NCBI GenBank assembly: GCA_005884515.1
Contig: VAWS01000060.1
Coordinates: 1-55,779 of the forward strand
Source: Actinomycetota bacterium
Lineage (GTDB): Bacteria; Actinomycetota; AC-67
Direction: 5' to 3'
DNA length: 55,779 bases
The translations under genes and the position numbers were made by a program. Each line of letters starts with the position of its first letter. The first letter of the stretch is position 1. Positions 53,826-55,779 of this stretch are shown piece after piece. Under the pieces are notes generated by a model. That model worked only from the letters and a program-made list of their open reading frames with translations, was not told the origin of the DNA and ran no database searches.

Positions 53826-55369
53826 TTCGGTACGAACACCTCCCACGGGCCTGCGGCTGCGACGTCTCTCGCCACCTCGATCGCTCGGTCGGCGGGAACG
53901 TCGATCCTCGCCAGCGCGGCGAACGGAGGATAGCCGAGTTCCCTGCGGCGCGCGGCCTCCGCGCGATAGAGAACGTCTGGATCCCACTTCGTGAGCGCCA
54001 GTATCGCGGGGTGTGAGGCGTTCGCGGTCTCGACGAAGATGCGCGCGTCTGCCGTCCACCTCGCGGCTCGCCACCAGGTCGCGAACGTGTCTTCGTGCGC
54101 CCGGTACTCCGGTTGCGAAAGCGCAGCATCGACGTCGAGTAGCCCGAGCAGGCCCACGCGCTCGACGGCGAGATCTTTCGCGATGAACGGTGTCGCGCAG
54201 ATGAGATCTGCGCTTCGCGCCGCGCGCGCGACGTCTGCAGGGGTGCTCGACGAATCGAGCTGCATTGGCTTCGACGGCGCGAGGATGCGCACCGCGCGCG
54301 CGGCGATGGACCCGGCATGCGAGCCGCCCCGGTGGGTGACGAGGACGACGCGTCGCCGGGCGGCAAGCGATTCCTTCGCTGCTTGCAGCGTCGGGGCCGA
54401 CGGCACGAGCGTCCCTTGCTCGATCACCGTTACCGATGAGCGATGCTTCCGTTCTTCGGGTCTCGGAGGGCCGACGAGCACGTAAGGTCCGCGCTCCGTG
54501 GCGGCGCGCGCTTCCACCGACGGTGGCACGCCGACGAGCACGAGCGTTGCGCCGGTGCGACGCGCGCGCTCCGCCGCGACCGCGCGCGCGTGATATCGCG
54601 GCGCGCGACCTTCCTTGTACGACTGGTGACCCTCGTCATCGATGACGATGAGACGGAGATCGCGCATAGGCGCGAACACCGCTGCGCGGCCCCCGACCGC
54701 GATTCGTTTCGCGCCCGCTTGTATGGCCAGCCAGTCTCGGTACCGCTCGCGCGCGCTGCGATGACTCCCCAACTCCCCCAGAGACTCGGCGAACGCGTCG
54801 CGGAGAGCCGTCAATACGGCGCTGCGAACGCGAACCTCCGGCAGCAACACGAGGACGCCGCCGCGTTTCGCAGCCTCGCCGGCCATCGAGACGATCGCAC
54901 GCGCCCGGTCCTCTTCCGCGAGTGGCCGCCACACGAACCCCCCGCCGCCCCGTTGCAGTGCGCGCGCAAGCGCGGAGCCTCGCGAGTAGGTGCCGAAGTC
55001 GAATGAACCGGTGTGATGGGGGCGGCCACTCTCGACGACCGAGTCTTCCTCGCCCGCGACGCGCTGAGGCAGGACCGTCGCAAGCGCCTCACCCAGCGTC
55101 GACAAGTACCGCCCGGCGACCCAGCGGGCGAGGTCCACCGTCTCGTCGTCGAGGCCCGGACCCACGATCGCGGCGAGCGGCAAGGGTCGCTCGATATCCG
55201 CTCGTTCGAGCAGCCCCGTCACGACGCCGACCCGCCGTTTCCGACGGAAGGGCGCGCGCACTGCGGAACCGACGTGCACGGCCATCCCGTCGGGGATCGC
55301 GTAGGTGAAGACGCGGTCGAGGTGCGTTAGCGCGGTTTCGACCAGAACGACCGAGCAGAACCGGCTCAC
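53813..55369 (-). CDS. priA: primosomal protein N' (PriA), short actinobacterial-type variant
   Basis: 518 aa with a GTG start. N-terminal 3'-DNA-binding domain pattern (VDRVFTYAIPDG...VRAPFRRKRRVGVV), DExH box VIDDEGHQSYK, and C-terminal ELGYPPF. No Walker A GxGKT and no Cys-rich zinc region. Confidence 0.8.
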   Translation of the reverse strand: MSRFCSVVLVETALTHLDRVFTYAIPDGMAVHVGSAVRAPFRRKRRVGVVTGLLERADIERPLPLAAIVGPGLDDETVDLARWVAGRYLSTLGEALATVLPQRVAGEEDSVVESGRPHHTGSFDFGTYSRGSALARALQRGGGGFVWRPLAEEDRARAIVSMAGEAAKRGGVLVLLPEVRVRSAVLTALRDAFAESLGELGSHRSARERYRDWLAIQAGAKRIAVGGRAAVFAPMRDLRLIVIDDEGHQSYKEGRAPRYHARAVAAERARRTGATLVLVGVPPSVEARAATERGPYVLVGPPRPEERKHRSSVTVIEQGTLVPSAPTLQAAKESLAARRRVVLVTHRGGSHAGSIAARAVRILAPSKPMQLDSSSTPADVARAARSADLICATPFIAKDLAVERVGLLGLLDVDAALSQPEYRAHEDTFATWWRAARWTADARIFVETANASHPAILALTKWDPDVLYRAEAARRRELGYPPFAALARIDVPADRAIEVARDVAAAGPWEVFVPKWRS

Positions 55370-55390
55370 CGCGTCGGCGGTGCGCGCGTT

Positions 55391-55779
55391 CTAGATGACC
55401 GCCTTCAGGTCGTCGACGCGGCTCGTCCGCTCCCACGTGAAGTCGGCGTCGTCTCGGCCGAAGTGACCGTACGCAGCAGTCTTCCTGTAGATAGGACGGC
55501 GGAGGTCGAGGTCGCGGATGATCGCAGCCGGCCGGAGATCGAACACCTCGCCGATCGCTTTCTCGATCTTGCGGGGGTCGATGTCCTTCTCGGTGCCGTA
55601 CGTCTCGATCTGGATCGAGACCGGGCGCGCGACGCCGATCGCGTACGCGACTTGGATCTCACAGCGATCTGCGAACCCAGCTGCAACGACGTTCTTCGCA
55701 ACCCAGCGTGTTGCGTATGCCGCGGAACGGTCGACCTTCGTTGGGTCCTTCCCGCTGAATGCACCACCGCCGTGACGCG
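55391..55779 (-). CDS. metK: S-adenosylmethionine synthase, C-terminal part (5' end beyond the right edge)
   Basis: The minus-strand frame reads ...[54 protein letters not shown]...[28 protein letters not shown], with the stop at 55391-55393. Confidence 0.9.
   Translation of the reverse strand, partial: RHGGGAFSGKDPTKVDRSAAYATRWVAKNVVAAGFADRCEIQVAYAIGVARPVSIQIETYGTEKDIDPRKIEKAIGEVFDLRPAAIIRDLDLRRPIYRKTAAYGHFGRDDADFTWERTSRVDDLKAVI

Overview
This is a high-GC bacterial chromosome segment (about 68-70% GC, judged by eye). Its gene content and order match the conserved Actinomycetota core region. On the minus strand, from the right edge leftwards: metK-priA-def-fmt-rpe-ribDE(BA)H-hisG-csp-infC/rpmI/rplT-pheST-argCJBD..FRGH-polX-mpg, then tyrS, a 23S-5S rRNA operon, tlyA-nadK-steAB-pyrG-ald-xerD-parA-scpAB-rluB. 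Nearly all genes are on the minus strand, and many junctions are 1-4 nt stop/start overlaps.

Main observations:
1. The 23S-5S operon has no 16S gene. Its 23S gene carries a 721-nt group I intron with an I-CreI-like LAGLIDADG homing endonuclease at L2593. It also carries a 789-nt composite insertion at L1923-L1951 with two intron cores and a decayed I-CeuI-like ORF. The 28-nt exon that should separate those two introns is not present.
2. A consensus promoter, a ~140-nt structured RNA and a strong terminator sit just upstream of 23S.
3. Otherwise well-conserved genes repeatedly show 30-48-codon holes or frameshifts: pyrG, ribH, polX, argH, a class A PBP, the argJ/argB junction, tlyA, an M50 protease and possibly priA. 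This looks like either collapsed assembly gaps or real gene decay.
4. Signalling genes are embedded in housekeeping operons: cytochrome c plus a CheY-like receiver in the arg operon, a PAS kinase next to pheST, and a REC-GGDEF protein between rpe and the rib genes.

I saw no CRISPR array, tRNA, transposase, prophage or recognisable defence genes. All homology calls come from reading the translations against remembered family motifs; no searches were run.
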